A stretch of DNA of 55,646 nucleotides, the filler included, from Sphacelaria rigidula (lineage: Eukaryota), in the NCBI GenBank assembly GCA_964200075.2. It is 3 parts of 3 records of this genome, joined end to end, with 100 filler letters (N's around TTAATTAATTAA, not from the genome) between each part and the next. Parts side by side here need not be neighbours in the genome. Positions count along the whole stretch, not along the records: positions 18,586 to 37,068 come from CAXNAA020000851.1; positions 37,169 to 55,646 come from CAXNAA020000852.1; 1 more part is not named here. One strand, 5' to 3'. Each line of letters opens with the position of its first letter. Within the stretch, counting starts at the first letter, position 1. The position numbers and the translations under genes are program-made. Positions 25,601-38,649 of the stretch are shown in pieces. The notes beneath the pieces are model-generated. The model saw nothing but the letters and a program-made list of their open reading frames with translations. It did not search any database and had not been told where the DNA came from.

Positions 25601-28600
25601 GCCGTCGACGTTTCGTTCCACAACACATCGCCCGAGTATAACTCAGGCAAGCAACGGCCTTTGGTCAGCGTTTGTGGGGTCGATATCACTCTTCATCTCT
25701 TTTGCGCCGCCGTACGCACAATTGTACCGGTATCTATTGACGGCAGACTGCTGGAGTACTGTGACAGGCAACAGACTAGTCATTTTGACATCCAACACAG
25801 GCAGTACAGCACCGTACTGTCTGTACTGTACGTTGTTTCAATTTCAAGTGCATGGTTGGACATATCCCGGGGACTATCAGCCGAAATATTCTTCCGAAAC
25901 GAGACCCGCCGCTGAAAAGATTAATCATTCACCCTGCTGTGCGCCACATGCCGAACAGCATCAAAAACAGACCAATACCCACTCATGGTTGTCATTAGTA
26001 CTACTGCACCTACTACGTTGGTCGTGGGTGTTGTAGCTATCATGCTGGATGTGTGGTACACTTTGTAAATAATACCAACCAGCATAGATATTTTCTGTTT
26101 CCACTTTGGCGGATTGATACCTTCGCTTGCCTCCGGGTGTCTGAGCTCAACGTATACCCGATTTCCGAATGTAATACTGTAAGGCGCACACGAAGGAGGG
26201 GGAGGCTTGCGTGCTCTCGGTGTTACTGAGACAGAACCAATTTTGTGACGAGTTTGAGTGAAATACTGGAATGGGTAGACCCGAACACAAAGCGAAAATC
26301 TAATAGGGGGGTCATGGCTCATTCCTACAATATTCTCTGACTCTGCAGCGTGTTTGCACTTCGACTCGGCGTTTGTGTGGTACTTTTAGTGACACTCAAA
26401 GACCCTGATCGAGAGCTTGAAAATGGATCCTATTCGAGGGGCTGTTCATGCTTTTCTTCCATCAATCCTTCCGTACGTCCTGTGCAGGCATGTCAAGGAA
26501 CAGTACACAGTCATGCTCATGCGCGTATCATGAACCTGTGGGGGTTGGTGACTGTACGCGTGATGTATCTCGTGACATAATTGTTTGAGCATGGGTGGTG
26601 CCCCAATATTCAGTAGGAACTTCACAGACGAAATCATATTTGTATACCCATACTCCAATATACTTGCAGCGCAAGGACGAGTACGCTAAGCCCCGGTAGC
26701 ACAACAATCCCAACTTCGAAGTTCGAGAAATGGATGAAACAAACCGGCAAAACAGACCACAAACACAGGCAGCCACAGCACGCACACCGGGAAGCATAAC
26801 TCCCGACAACAGCAAGAGTGGGCAGACTTCCAAGCCCATCTCATTCTGCGCTCCCTCCATCGCTTCGTGCGTGTCGATAATGAGAACATCGTCGACTGAA
26901 AGGCATGCTTCACATATCTGTCAACTCAACACAGCGCGCTGCTTCGTGTCGGCACATGCCAAAAAAACAGTACCATCGAGTACTTTGGTAGCCATACCAC
27001 AACATCCCACGCCGGTCCGTGATTCGCCGTACCTGCTCACCGCGTCATCGATGACTGAATTTTGATGTGGATAAGCATGCGCACTGAGACCGCCGCAATG
27101 AGCCTGTCCACGCGTTGAATAACGGGAACTTTGTAACGGGGAGATGAATGGAAAAGGTCGTTAGCAGACTGGAGTGGTGTTTACAAAAATGGGTATTGAA
27201 ACTACAGGATAGAGTAATAACCGATGTTTTGACACTGTGGCAAGACGCTGTGTGATACAGGAAATGAATATCGCAGCATCACCGTGGTACAAGACATCCG
27301 GTAAATTCGTGATTGAATCAAGTTATCGTGCTTTCCGCGTTAATTGAAACCCTCGGTGCCCCCCGGCGGTATATCATGGCTTTTTGGCATGCCCATGCCC
27401 GACCTACACTGTAGCAAAGTGTATTGTGTGTAATCATGTTCGCGTTGCAGGTGTGGGAGTCAATTGTGACCCCGATGGTCATGGAATGAACCCCGGATAA
27501 ACACGTATAGAAACAGGGAGGATACGAAACCAGCGTAATACTATGCCTCTATTTTCAAGTGAAGTGGCAGCACTGCCGTAGTGTACAGTAGAGCATTCCT
27601 TGAAGCTGACGGATGCGATGTCCAGAGTTCCCTTCTTAATGTTTCCATGTACTACCTGTGGCGAGGATGTAGGTTCAAACAAATGAAGGCAACCAATCGA
27701 GCGTTCACGTTGCACCGTCTCCTTGGGATCTGGGGCTCTTACACACACCACCGCGTTAGAAGAGTGTACAGCTATGTCTTCGTTTTGATTAACTTTGCTA
27801 TCGAACTAATCATTTTGTGGAAGGCGAGTGACCAAGTCGGCAGCGAACGAAATCCTTCAGTTTCGTACCTTGAGAGAATTAAGCAGTATGTCAGCAATTA
27901 CTGTCGACACAGCAGCTACCATGGCTTGAATTCCACCGACTGTGTGTGCGTGTTGTCGTACGCGATATCACCTTTTGTGCAACAGTTTTCAACTGTGAAG
28001 CAATATTCGCAGGGAGTCGTCTACTCTAAAAAATTGTGATTCACTTCATCCCTCAGAAAGCTTGGGGCCGAAAACGTGTCCGGGCTGTTCGAGGAAATCA
28101 CAATGACCACAGAAAAATATTCCCCTTTTCCTTTCGTGTCTTGGGATGCTCCGCCCAAATACGCTTGCTTTTACAATCCAATCTCTTGACGGGTTGATCG
28201 CGCGCGCAGGCAACACCCTCCCTGTTCACACCCTAAATCCTGTTGCTGGCCCTCCACACGCAGCCCATGGCAAGCTCCTTATCTCGATCTTTGAAGGCGC
28301 ACACCCTGAACCTGAAAAAAACATGTAATTTGAATATGGTTTCCGGCTTACTGATTTGACTGCGGGACGTGCCCTGAAATGAAGCCTGGAGTGCAGTGCA
28401 TTGGGGTTGTGCGCACCCAACGCAACAACCGGCGCTCGAATCGCGCACGTAACCGTGGAGAACCACCCGGATTAAACCTACTTCGATGGAGTATGTCCTG
28501 AGCAACGCACCGTGCCCAATAGATTCGAGTGAAAAATAATAACAGCCAGAAGGGGCTCGGGGGGAAACGTCGGGGAGCAGATCTGAATCAGTCGCGGAGT

Positions 28601-28893
28601 AACTTTACTTCAGTGCGTACGCATGTGCAAATATGATACCCTCAGATATTTTCTGCTGAGAAAAGCCCCGCCGCATGTGTACACAGCCACAGCCAAACAA
28701 GGAACCCAAGTACATTGCGTGTACTGGAGAAGACAATATCATGGTGACCGAATTGTGCTCTCTTCGTCTGTGGTGTTGATTGTATTGGTACCACCATGTT
28801 CGCCGTACCGCGTCTACAGCAGCCTCCGTCCGCTGCGACTCGAACTTGTACATTGGGAATACACCAACAAATGTCTCTCACCCTACACTCAAC

Positions 28894-29615
28894 CCAGGGT
28901 CGGGCATATCTCTTATTGGCATACTTTTCACTTGAAAAATGACTGCAAAACCCAAATGACCTAAACGGGTGTCGGAAAGTTCAACTTCAGAGCCGGTTAT
29001 TTGTGGGAAGAGGCAACCGTCCCCAGAGATTTTAACTTGAAAAAATGAACACAAGACATCATCCTGAGGATCAAGTGTCATTTTGAAAGCGGGCGGGAAG
29101 AGCGACGATCTCCAAAGGAGAAATCCGATACTCGACGATACCCACAGAAGAAGCGGGGAATGCGGCGGGGGGCGCAGAGAAGATAACATTGTGCTGTACT
29201 GCGCTGTGCTGTACTGATTGTACTTTACTGTACGGTGCACTTCGGCTTCGTCTATTTACACAGAGAGCAGCCACCTCATGATGGGTCAGTTGTGTATGTT
29301 ATGGGAGAACTATTTACTTCAAAAATGAATGCCCACCGCAGCCCAAAGACTTGAAATTGCAACTGGAGGCAGGAAGGGATGGTGGTGTGGGAGAGTTCCG
29401 TGTAGTCTGATCCTTGGTGATTACCCCTAGACGAACGGAACGAACGCAACGGGTGGGGGAGAGAAGACAACACTTTACTGTAATGTAAAGCATTCCACTG
29501 CTGTACTTTACTGTGCGTTTTCGATCGGCTTTGTCTCAACCTATACAGAGGGGCACCTCCAGGGCGGGTCATCTGTGTGGCATTGTCACAGACTTGACGT
29601 GAAAATGAATGATGA
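28894..29615. repeat. Diverged direct repeat array (2-3 units, ~280-390 bp)
   Basis: AC[TG]T[GC]AAAA(A)TGA recurs at ~28930, 29035, 29316 and 29597. Segment 29160-29277 is colinear with 29440-29559 (GAGAAGA.AACA.T...GTACTTTACTGT...TCGGCTT.GTCT...ACAGAG...CACCTC). Confidence 0.6.
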
Positions 29616-32439
29616 GTAGACCATACCGGCGATGCAATGCAGCAGGGGCGTGTGGGTGCCATGGGTGCAGATGGCATTCTGCGCTTCTTTTCCCAACCGA
29701 CCGGGCGACCCATTCGCTTCTTCGCCGATCGACTGGACAGATCATTCCCATCTCATTGGCTTGTGCGATTTTCCGCCAGGAAGATCCCGGATACTGTTCG
29801 CCAAAATTTCCGATATATTTAGGCCCCGATTAGCATATCTAACTGTGACCGATATGGGAAATGAGCCGAACTACCCGCGGACTACGGTATTGCTGCAGCG
29901 CACGATTGACTTCGAGGATATGCGTCATTATCCATACTCCCGACCAGCGCTCATAATGCACTTTCGGTCATTCGCAAAATCCAGACTCAAAAGTGTTTCC
30001 TTTCCATGCGAATCACCAACTACCACGGTCAATCCGACCAGAGTATCAACGAAAATACAAGAAACGAATACTTGAGAAATGCGAAAAGGGAACGAATGAC
30101 AGCAGTCAAGAAATAGAGATTCAGTCAGCCAAAAACTAACATCTTCTGTATCAAGATCACGTTTTGTTGGGGGCGTCGGTTTTTTCCTCTGTTCGAGTTT
30201 TGTCAAGAGCCTCGTGGGCACAGGTATACTAGTCACTTTTCGTATTTCTGTTGCTACCTTGCCAGAGCCTATACCCTCATAATCCACAACCCCTCACACA
30301 TGGCGACGGACGGAGCCAGCTCTCTTATTTTGCGTACCAACACACTTGCTGGGGAAGCGTGTAAAGTCCTGGGACATGGGATGCACCTTTACCTTGATGC
30401 TGCTGTCGTTGGTGACAGAGGCCTCGAACTTCCCCATCGGGGCAAGAACAAGGGGTAAACTTGATCCCCATTACGAAGGGCAGCAGCATGATGGCCAGGG
30501 TCCAGGCGCTTTCCGGAGATTTGACGTGCTTCTCCAGCAAGCTGTGGGCTGTGAGGACGTCGGGTATGTGGTTACAGCGTCATGAAAGCACGAAACATTC
30601 ATCGCATGATCTGGTGGGATGGATGCTTGAAAGGAAGGCGACCGAGGGGACAGGTCCACATGGCTGATGACGGTGGCCTACAGACACGCTTTCGTCATCA
30701 TCCCGGAAAAAGGGACGACAGGCACGATTTTTTAAACATTGAGGTCTACCCTACTCGGGATGGCGATTGTGACGATATACCTATACTTGACGCAGTACAC
30801 TACTTTTTCTTTGCAGCTATTGACCGCGTATTGTCCGGGATGTACAATGTCGCAGATTTTGTTTGAGTGCACACAGATTCATGGATTTTCTTCAATTTTC
30901 CATCAGATTGAACCACTACGACACAAGCCGTGGTCAAATGTACCCAACGTGGAAAACCTACAACACACGCTACTGTGTCCAGTGTTGGTCCTTTTCAATA
31001 TTATGGAGGCATTGTACTGAATTTTTAATTCATCATCCGAGGCGTGAATTGAATACGGTCATACTCTAAGGCCTAACATATGGTGAGACGAGAGAGGCAG
31101 ACGTCCTTGGCAGAGAGGTCTCCACATCAGCACGGATACCTGGCGCTACAGACCAGCTTTCGCGCTTTGGATAGCCGGATGGGAAAGGATGCATATCCCT
31201 ACGAATATAGAAAGCGTTTATTGCACAATATATATCCGCGCAATGTAATACCCGAGGAAGTTGACACTGTGTGTTCCTAGTGCCAGCACAACGAGTACCG
31301 TAGAAGTGACTGTACGATGCAACCCACGCCTCGACAGGGATAGTATACCCGCGATCCATTCGGGAAAAAAAACAGTTGCAACTCGCACTCTGTCTTATTC
31401 TGGAACCAAGTGAAAACTCTGCACAGGGGTGGTCACACGCCTGCCAGAGAAGGGTGAATATATTCACGTGGGAGCAAACCACGGAAGAATATCTGATTGA
31501 TTCTGATACAAGAAAACAACAGCAACTGCCCCTGTCATTTTCAGACCGTCGTGGTAACGCCCACGCCAAGTCTGGCACTATGAGGGAGGAGACGTTGCCC
31601 CCTGCTCGAGCAGGTCTGGAGTGGTCCTTGACAGAAGACACTCATTTGCTTGGGTGCGTTGTGCGGCCGCGTCTTGCTCAGCACGGCGTATAAAACTCAG
31701 GGGCATCTGCCTCTAACACACGGAGAACCTTAACTAGTGGTTACTTCCGGCCTTGGTGCCAGCCTCGACCAACAGGGGGCCGATGTAAACAACAAGGGTG
31801 GCAAGATCTACTCCTGCCTCGGCGCGGATTTCATATCCTTACCCTCTGGAATTGCCATCAGAAAGTATTCTTGTTTTTGAAATCACTGCAGCATCGTCCA
31901 TGATCATCCTTTCAAGCCACGCAGCGCACGAAACACCTTGGATCGCCGAAATTGCTGCTTCAACACCCACCTGCGGCCTCAGTCCACACATAAGTCAAGT
32001 TTCAGTATCCTCAGACGCCTGGTGTACTGTGTTGGGGCTCCTAGTCTCCAAAAATACCGCCTCCATATTATTGAATAGGAATAACTCTGTGACAGAAAAC
32101 AAAACTCGACCGAATAGCGAAAAATAAAAGTAAAACAACAAAACAAAAAATACCACGCTCGCTACCAATAGTGATGAAATTAAAAAACATCAACGAAACA
32201 AGAGAAACGAAGAGAATCCTCCGCCACAGAAAATAACGTAACATGAACTGCAACGAACAAACTCGTATACAAGTATTCACGATGCCCCCTGCTCCTCTCC
32301 TCGACTTTTACAGTACATACACGAGATCCTCGTCCTGTGCAAGATTTCCGACCTCCCCTTCGCCTTCGGCGTCCCACCTGTGCAGCGATGGCATGTCGCC
32401 GCGCCTCCTCCTGGCTTGCGTTGAACTTGCCCATTCCCG

Positions 32440-33380
32440 TGGTGATGAATTTCAACTCCTTGATGCGGCCAGCGCTGAGACGCAAGAACATCATCTTGGA
32501 CACGCGGTCGGGGTACGTTTTTCGGTTTTGGTGAGGGTAGGCGACACGACGGAGAAATCCTGCTCCGATTGGCAACTGGTGCTGTTCACGCAGAGGTGGA
32601 CCCGTGCCATTGCAGACAACAGTGGGAACTTTGACCCCTCGATGTCCGAGGCACGGGGCGCCCCACAGAGCGTCAGTAGGCGATGACATCCAGGTGGGCG
32701 TCTGCATACGGCGCAATGTGATCTAAGGCCGCATTTCCTTCCACAAGTGGGGAAAGCGGTGAAGGACGACCCTGCCGCCTGAACGCCAGCGGCCTTTTTG
32801 TTTGGCGGCGCGGCTAGCCTCACGCTCCTCAAACAGGCTCCGTGGGCGTTTCGGTGCAGGCTCCTCATCGCTGCCCGCCGCCCCATCAAGAGAAGTAGCC
32901 GTCTCCCTGATACCCAGCTCACTTGCCATGGCCTTGCCTAGCGCGACCAGCGCAGTGTGGTCGTCAACCTCCGTTATATCCCCTTTCCCGCACAGCGTTT
33001 CGTCCATTGTTTTGTAGTGCGGGTCCAGGTAGAGAGCGAGGACCTTCGTGGTTGTGGAAGCCACATTGACCTTGCGACTCTTGACCTGCTCGATGCAGAC
33101 AGGTACCGCCTCTTGCACTGGGACCTGGAGGTCATCGACGCACTTCAGCTAGTGGACCGGCGGCTCCCCCCCCCCCCCCCCCCCGTCTTGGCCTCCCTCA
33201 TCTTCGACCATTCCCACGTCTGTGGAGGTGAGGATGTCAACCAGCTGGTGGAACGGGTAGATGGTCCGGCTAAGGATGCTGTCAATGCCGCCCTGGATAC
33301 CGATCGTCACACGCTCCGCCTACTCGAGCACGTGGCAGATCTCCTTCAAGACCACCCAGTCGGTCGGCGAGAGCCCGCGG
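32440..33380 (-). mobile_element. hAT transposase remnant (C-terminal half with dimerization domain)
   Basis: LSPTDWVVLKEICHVLE..., ALYLDPHYK, FPLLSAMARVHLCVNSTSCQSEQDFS (hAT dimerization FPxLxxxARxxLxxxxTSxxSERxFS) and PDRVSKMMFLR. Frameshifted. Confidence 0.85.
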
Positions 33381-33776
33381 TGCGCATTCTGTTTATTTTT
33401 TTCGCGGAGGTACTAGGCTATGGACTTCTCGAAGATGATCAAACACACCAAAAACGCAAGCTGCGAAGCCCACCTGGCATTTCTTTTGGCGTACACACGT
33501 GGGTGCAGACGACGAGACAATCATGAGCAACTGATTATTCTTGTATTTTGACAACATATTGATTGAATTGATGTTCTCACTCTTACTGACTCCCGACGAA
33601 TAGCTGTGGTCTCAACATGGACGACTGTCATGCAGAGAAAACGAAAAAAGGAACAGAACCCCACGGAATAAAATGTACACAAACGCTCTAATAAGAAGAC
33701 AGAGAAAGACACGACGAACCAAGGAACGGAAACAGCCGACAAAAAACGAGAACGCGCACAACACGACGACAATTAA

Positions 33777-34803
33777 CCCTTTTGGGACTGATCCCCCACT
33801 AACACAAGGTTGGCCCTGTATTGGTGAAATAATAAATAAAACGTCTTCGAGCAACCTGCCCAATCACCGTGGGGCAAAATGTATCGACCAGACCCGAACG
33901 ACCGGCGCGGTGATCGTTGGCGAGTGTGATGCCACTGCAAAGATCGTGTGGGGGCCGTTTCCCTGACCCAGATAAGCCGTCTCAGGTTTCCAAGTGCAGG
34001 GCGGTCGGAACTTGGTTTTATGGTGTTACTTGCACTCAGCATGGCGTTCCCGGGTTTTTCCAGAAGGTTTGCCGGTCACAATCATATACTAAAACGTAGT
34101 AATTACACCAACACAGGGTGGAGAGAAAAAAAAGGGAATGAGTGTACATGCTATACCATGTGGTCATTTTCACGAGGCACTAAACCCAGGTGGGCCGTGG
34201 AAAGACAAGGAGCTACCGTCATGAATTCTGTTTATCCCTCCGCCGATGACTTGCAGTGTGCAGTTGACGTGTATGTAGTTGGCGGGGATGAAAAAGCGGT
34301 ATATAGGCAGTTGATCTCGGCAGCTGAGAATTGCCCAGAACGTGCAAGGGAGTATGCAGCGGCAGCTGCTGCTTCAGTCGGAGAGGCGTACTACACTGTA
34401 ATTTTGTACTATACGGTTCTATGCGTGCGCGCCGCAACGCTGATATCCTTCGAAGAGAGTTTGCCGCATGCAACAGAGGGGAAATTGGCGGCCCACCACG
34501 ACCACAAAGGGCTGTGTGGCAAGGTGATAAGGACAAACGTATAATCCAAAGCCACAAGTGGCAGGCGGCCCGCCGGTCGCCGCATCCCTCTACCGCGATC
34601 CATCCTGCTTGCTACATCAGATGTACACCACCTGATGCCCACCCTGCACCTGAGAATATACTGGATGAAAGTTTCGGTCTTCGTCATAACCCTGCGGTTA
34701 CATGCGCGGATTTTCAGCAACATGCCACTGTTTCGTGCAGACGGCAAACAAGTCATTCCCAACCAACCTCATCGGTCGTTCTGGAGGCCCGGTTCTAAAA
34801 AGG
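33777..34803. mobile_element. Possible 1-kb piggyBac-like non-autonomous element
   Basis: TTAA|CCCTTTTGGGACTG ... CGGTTCTAAAAAGG|TTGA; 13 of 18 positions match including the TSD. Confidence 0.35.
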
Positions 34804-35069
34804 TTGAGACTAACGATATCACAGTACAACTCCAAACGTCACATTTTCCTTTTTGCGGGGAAGCTTACCTGGTGTCATGCCCCTTACTAGAGATATGCAG
34901 GCATTGATCGCGTTTCCCCCCTGGTCTAATGTCGCTGCCACGAACGCATCTTTCGGTGTGACGTTGTCGATGAAGGACCTGAACGTGTCTGCGGTCACCA
35001 GCGGGAACTGGACACAAGAGCAGGGGGACAAACGCAAGCATTTTGATGTTTCTGATGGATCCTTGTATC

Positions 35070-35653
35070 CAAGCTGGTGTTCTGTAGGGTACGGTTTCCT
35101 GTATGCCTGGGGTATTTTCCCGGGTATTTACCGTACCCGAAAGTTCCGTGACTTCTGTAAGACGTACATACGGGTACCCGACAGTTTTTCAATCTCTGCA
35201 AGACTTTCGTACCCTTACCCGATAATTCTGTGAGTTCTGAAAGCTTCCCGTACCGTTATCGGGGGGCACAGGTGTGTTTTTGATAAGACACCCGCTGCGG
35301 GTACGGTTTTCTTCGCAACTTCTATACCCTACCCGTCAATATCTGTGAGTTCTGTACGCCTCCTATACCCTTACCCGACAGTTCTCCGAGATCTGTACAG
35401 AATGTGTACCCGTACACGGAGCGCGAACATGCTCTTGAAAAGATACCAGATTGTTGGTACGTTACCTCTGTGAATCTTCCATACGCATACTCGACAAGTT
35501 CTGTGATTTCTGTGAGATTTTCGTCCAGCACCGTTACCCGACAGTTCCGTGAGCTCTGTAAGACTTTCATACCGGTCCCCGACATTTCTGTAAGTTCTGT
35601 AAGGAATCTTATGCCCTACAGACCACACTCGTACCCTACAGAACACGACCTTG
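35070..35653. mobile_element. MITE with ~24-bp TIR and internal TACCC/AGTTCTGT repeat array
   Basis: CAAGCTGGTGTTCTGTAGGGTACG versus CGTACCCTACAGAACACGACCTTG. The interior is built from repeated TACCC(G/T)...AGTTC(C/T)GT...CTGTAAG units. Confidence 0.75.
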
Positions 35654-36170
35654 GGTGTGTTCATTTCTAATATATTTCGGTGGTGTTCATGTACAAAACC
35701 ATGAGTTACTCTTTATGATTTATATTGTTTGACTGGCAAGGCGGAGCAGGCCGGCAAGCTAACTATTGTATCTACACTACTAATCACACTCTATACCATC
35801 GTTGAGAAAAAGACTTATGATATAATCACAGCGAATAACCCGACTACTGGGTTCTTCTTTATTTATGTTTGCTTGTATCGCGTTTTGTGAGTTTTTCACT
35901 CTATATCTATTTTATTTTATTNNNNNNNNNNCCCAGTACCAATGTACCGCGCAGATATCGGAACGGTTTTTAATGTGAAGACAACAACAACAACAACACA
36001 ACAACTGGCCTTGTCTCCGCGGCAGCACTGTTGTGGGCGCGAGGCATAAAAAAGCGAACCAATCGCAACTGCAGAGGATGAAGCTGTGGATAATCTTCAA
36101 ATATCGAATTTTGAACGTAAATATAAGCCGTTTCCTTCGGTTTTGTGTTATATGTTTCGGTGGGCTCGTA

Positions 36171-36711
36171 CCGTAGTGGGCGGTCTGACTATTCATTTTC
36201 CGGCATTTCGTAATTTTTCGTAGTTGGCGATTTCGTTGGGCTCTTTTCGCTTGCCACCGATCATCACATTGGTGATCTTGTATCCGCTCCACATTCCAAT
36301 AAAATAGAGACATTCGCACTCGATATTGAGTGACTTGTAGGCTGACCGGTCATCGGGGGTCCTGCCACGTTTCAGCTCAGATTCTCACCCTTCGGTATTT
36401 TCGGTCGATCGAGCCTGCCCCGATAATATTTGTGAGGAAAAAGCACAGTTTTAATATTTTTTCATTTCACCTACTCATTGCACTAGAGCCGAAAAACTGT
36501 GTTTCACGGTCAATAACACCCTCCTGATGAACAGGATATTTACTCGTATCGCCCGATAGCACCAACTAACACCGACTTAGGCACTGTGTTTCGAGGATAA
36601 TCTGCTTGATGTACGACAATCTATCGACGCTAGCAATTACGAGTTCTGTCGCAGAGGACTACGCGAGGAAAATCTCGAAACACCCGTGAACAGTTACACC
36701 ACCCACTACTG
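36171..36711. mobile_element. Tc1/mariner-type MITE with TA TSD
   Basis: TA|CCGTAGTGGGCGGTCTGACT ... AGTTACACCACCCACTACTG|TA. A second copy in opposite orientation lies at 50403-~50880. Confidence 0.75.
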
Positions 36712-36923
36712 TACTTTCTATTTTTGGGACATTCGACAACGATTTTGACCCCGAACAGGAAAAATCACCACCACACGTCTTGGATACTTTGCGTCACCCC
36801 ACCGAGAGGAGTCTACCCCACTTTTCCGATTTGCTTGGGTCTGTGATTTCAAGAGTGGCCCCCGCACAAAAACATCAGTGAAAAATCGAATGCGGTGTCT
36901 GTACTTCGATCCACGGAAGAAAT

Positions 36924-37068
36924 CAAGGGTCGGACGAATAATGATTTGTCTGGAAATTATTTGGTTTTAGTATAATTGATTCGAATCGTACGAATCGATC
37001 TCTAGGCTTTGTTTTCAGCGTTGCAACCCAGGTGCACGCAACCCAGACACGTGGAATGGCGCAAAAGT
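36924..37068. mobile_element. MITE family copy 3 (cut by gap)
   Basis: CAAGGGTCGGACGAATAATGATTTGTCTGGAAATTA..., colinear with 16178-16441. Confidence 0.65.
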
Positions 37069-37168
37069 NNNNNNNNNNNNNNNNNNNNNNNNNNNNNNNN
37101 NNNNNNNNNNNNTTAATTAATTAANNNNNNNNNNNNNNNNNNNNNNNNNNNNNNNNNNNNNNNNNNNN
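37069..37168. other. Artificial 100-bp scaffold join
   Basis: N44-TTAATTAATTAA-N44. Confidence 0.95.
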
Positions 37169-37622
37169 GTATGCACGTGTGGAAACTGATCCTTGCTCCT
37201 GGCACGTTTTTGGCGATACTGTTTAAGGTATCGCGCCAGGTGAGGTTGTTCAACTTGATTTTTGTACGTCGGAAGTAGCGAACTTGACGGTACTAGCTGC
37301 CTGATGGTTTGCTGTATATTTGTTATCCTGGATGATCCTGTACACTAGATTGGACGGTAGAGCTCACACGCATGAAATATTCGATGAGATCACCGCCCCG
37401 CGCAATAACACGAAAAACAACAAACACTCGAACAACGGCCCGCACGACCACAGTAACCAGTCGACTCTGAGGTACAACGGAATGCACGAGCGTGCACAGG
37501 TAAGTCAGCAACAAGATCAGGTAATCTGCTCGTCCACGACTAACGAAAACAACAGCAGTACACGCAGACACCACGCCAAAACCACTTCGCACATCCCCAC
37601 AGACAGGAGACGTGTAGAAGTA

Positions 37623-38275
37623 GATCCGGCGGTCGGCAGTTACGCACAGGTAAGCCTGAACGTCGGTAGACCAGACAATAACAGAACTCATGCTCCCCGT
37701 GAAATTCGAATCACACCCAGTGCAGAAGAATATTCGGCGTCCGGCAGTTCCGAAGGAACCCTGAACAACGGCACGTCCATGTTGACGAGCGCAAAGCGTG
37801 CAAACTCGATAGCCAGTAATATAAGGGGAGCAAACGATCATGTAGGGGCAGAAGAAGACCCGTTGTCTGGCAGTTCCGAGGGAATCCTGGATAACGGCAC
37901 GTCCATGTTGACGCGCGCAAAGCGTGCACGAGTTCGAACCAACCATCATCGCAAAGATGAAGACCCGGCGGTCGGCAGTTACGCACAGGTAAGCCTGAAC
38001 GTCGGTAGACCAGACAATAACAGAACTCATGCTCCACGTGAAATTCGAATCACACCCAGTGCAGAAGAATAATCGGCGTCCGGCAGTTCCGAAGGAACCC
38101 TGAACAACGGCACGTTCATGTTGACGAGCGCAAAGCGTGCAAACTCGATAACCAGGAACATAAGGGGAGCAAACGATCATGTAGGGGCAGAAGAAGACCC
38201 GTTGTCTGGCAGTTCCGAGGAAATCCTGGACAAGGGCACGTCCATGTTGACGAGCGGAAAGCGTGCACGAGTTCA
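37623..38275 (+). repeat. 339-bp tandem duplication composed of ~105-126-bp subrepeats
   Basis: GA(T/C)CCGGCGGTCGGCAGTTACG at 37623 and 37962; GCGTGCACGAGTTC at 37922 and 38261. The subunit GGCAGTT recurs at about 37634, 37743, 37869, 37973, 38082 and 38208. Confidence 0.95.
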
Positions 38276-38649
38276 AAACAACACCTGGTGCACTAAAGTG
38301 AAACCGTTGACCAATAGTTACACACAGGTAGCCCCAGACAACGGCTCGCACACGTTGACGAGTGAGAAGCCCGCAGAGAAAAGAACAATACCGACAGTAA
38401 GGAGATCATCGGTAGGCGAAATTTCGGGTCGGTGAGAAACTCACCTCCAGTTGAGGCCATACGCCACCGAAGCCCAACCGTACACACAGACCACCCAAGC
38501 AAAAACCTCAATACCCGGTAGATACAGCAACAGCAAGAACTATCGAATACACATATAGATTGAACAGAAATGAAGCGTATCATCACAGACCTAGCCGCCA
38601 CCTGCACGAGTCTCGTCCGACTAAAGCACGAAGAATCGGGGACGTAGCA

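Noticed and set aside
30860..31280. ALDS...KDAYPYEY resembling Polinton DNA polymerase B (KGxYPYEY)
   Set aside because: Motif spacing is wrong and no other polB motifs are visible; too weak without a profile search.
31740..31880. LDQQGADVNNKGG ankyrin-like snippet
   Set aside because: Single short match with no TPLH-type motif or neighbouring repeat.
37623..38275. Regularly recurring motif as a possible CRISPR-like array
   Set aside because: The intervening sequences are themselves duplicated and in frame; eukaryotic retrotransposon context with no cas genes.
37323..38351. 342-aa antisense ORF over the repeat array
   Set aside because: Shadow of a duplicated sense-strand repeat; no recognisable domain.
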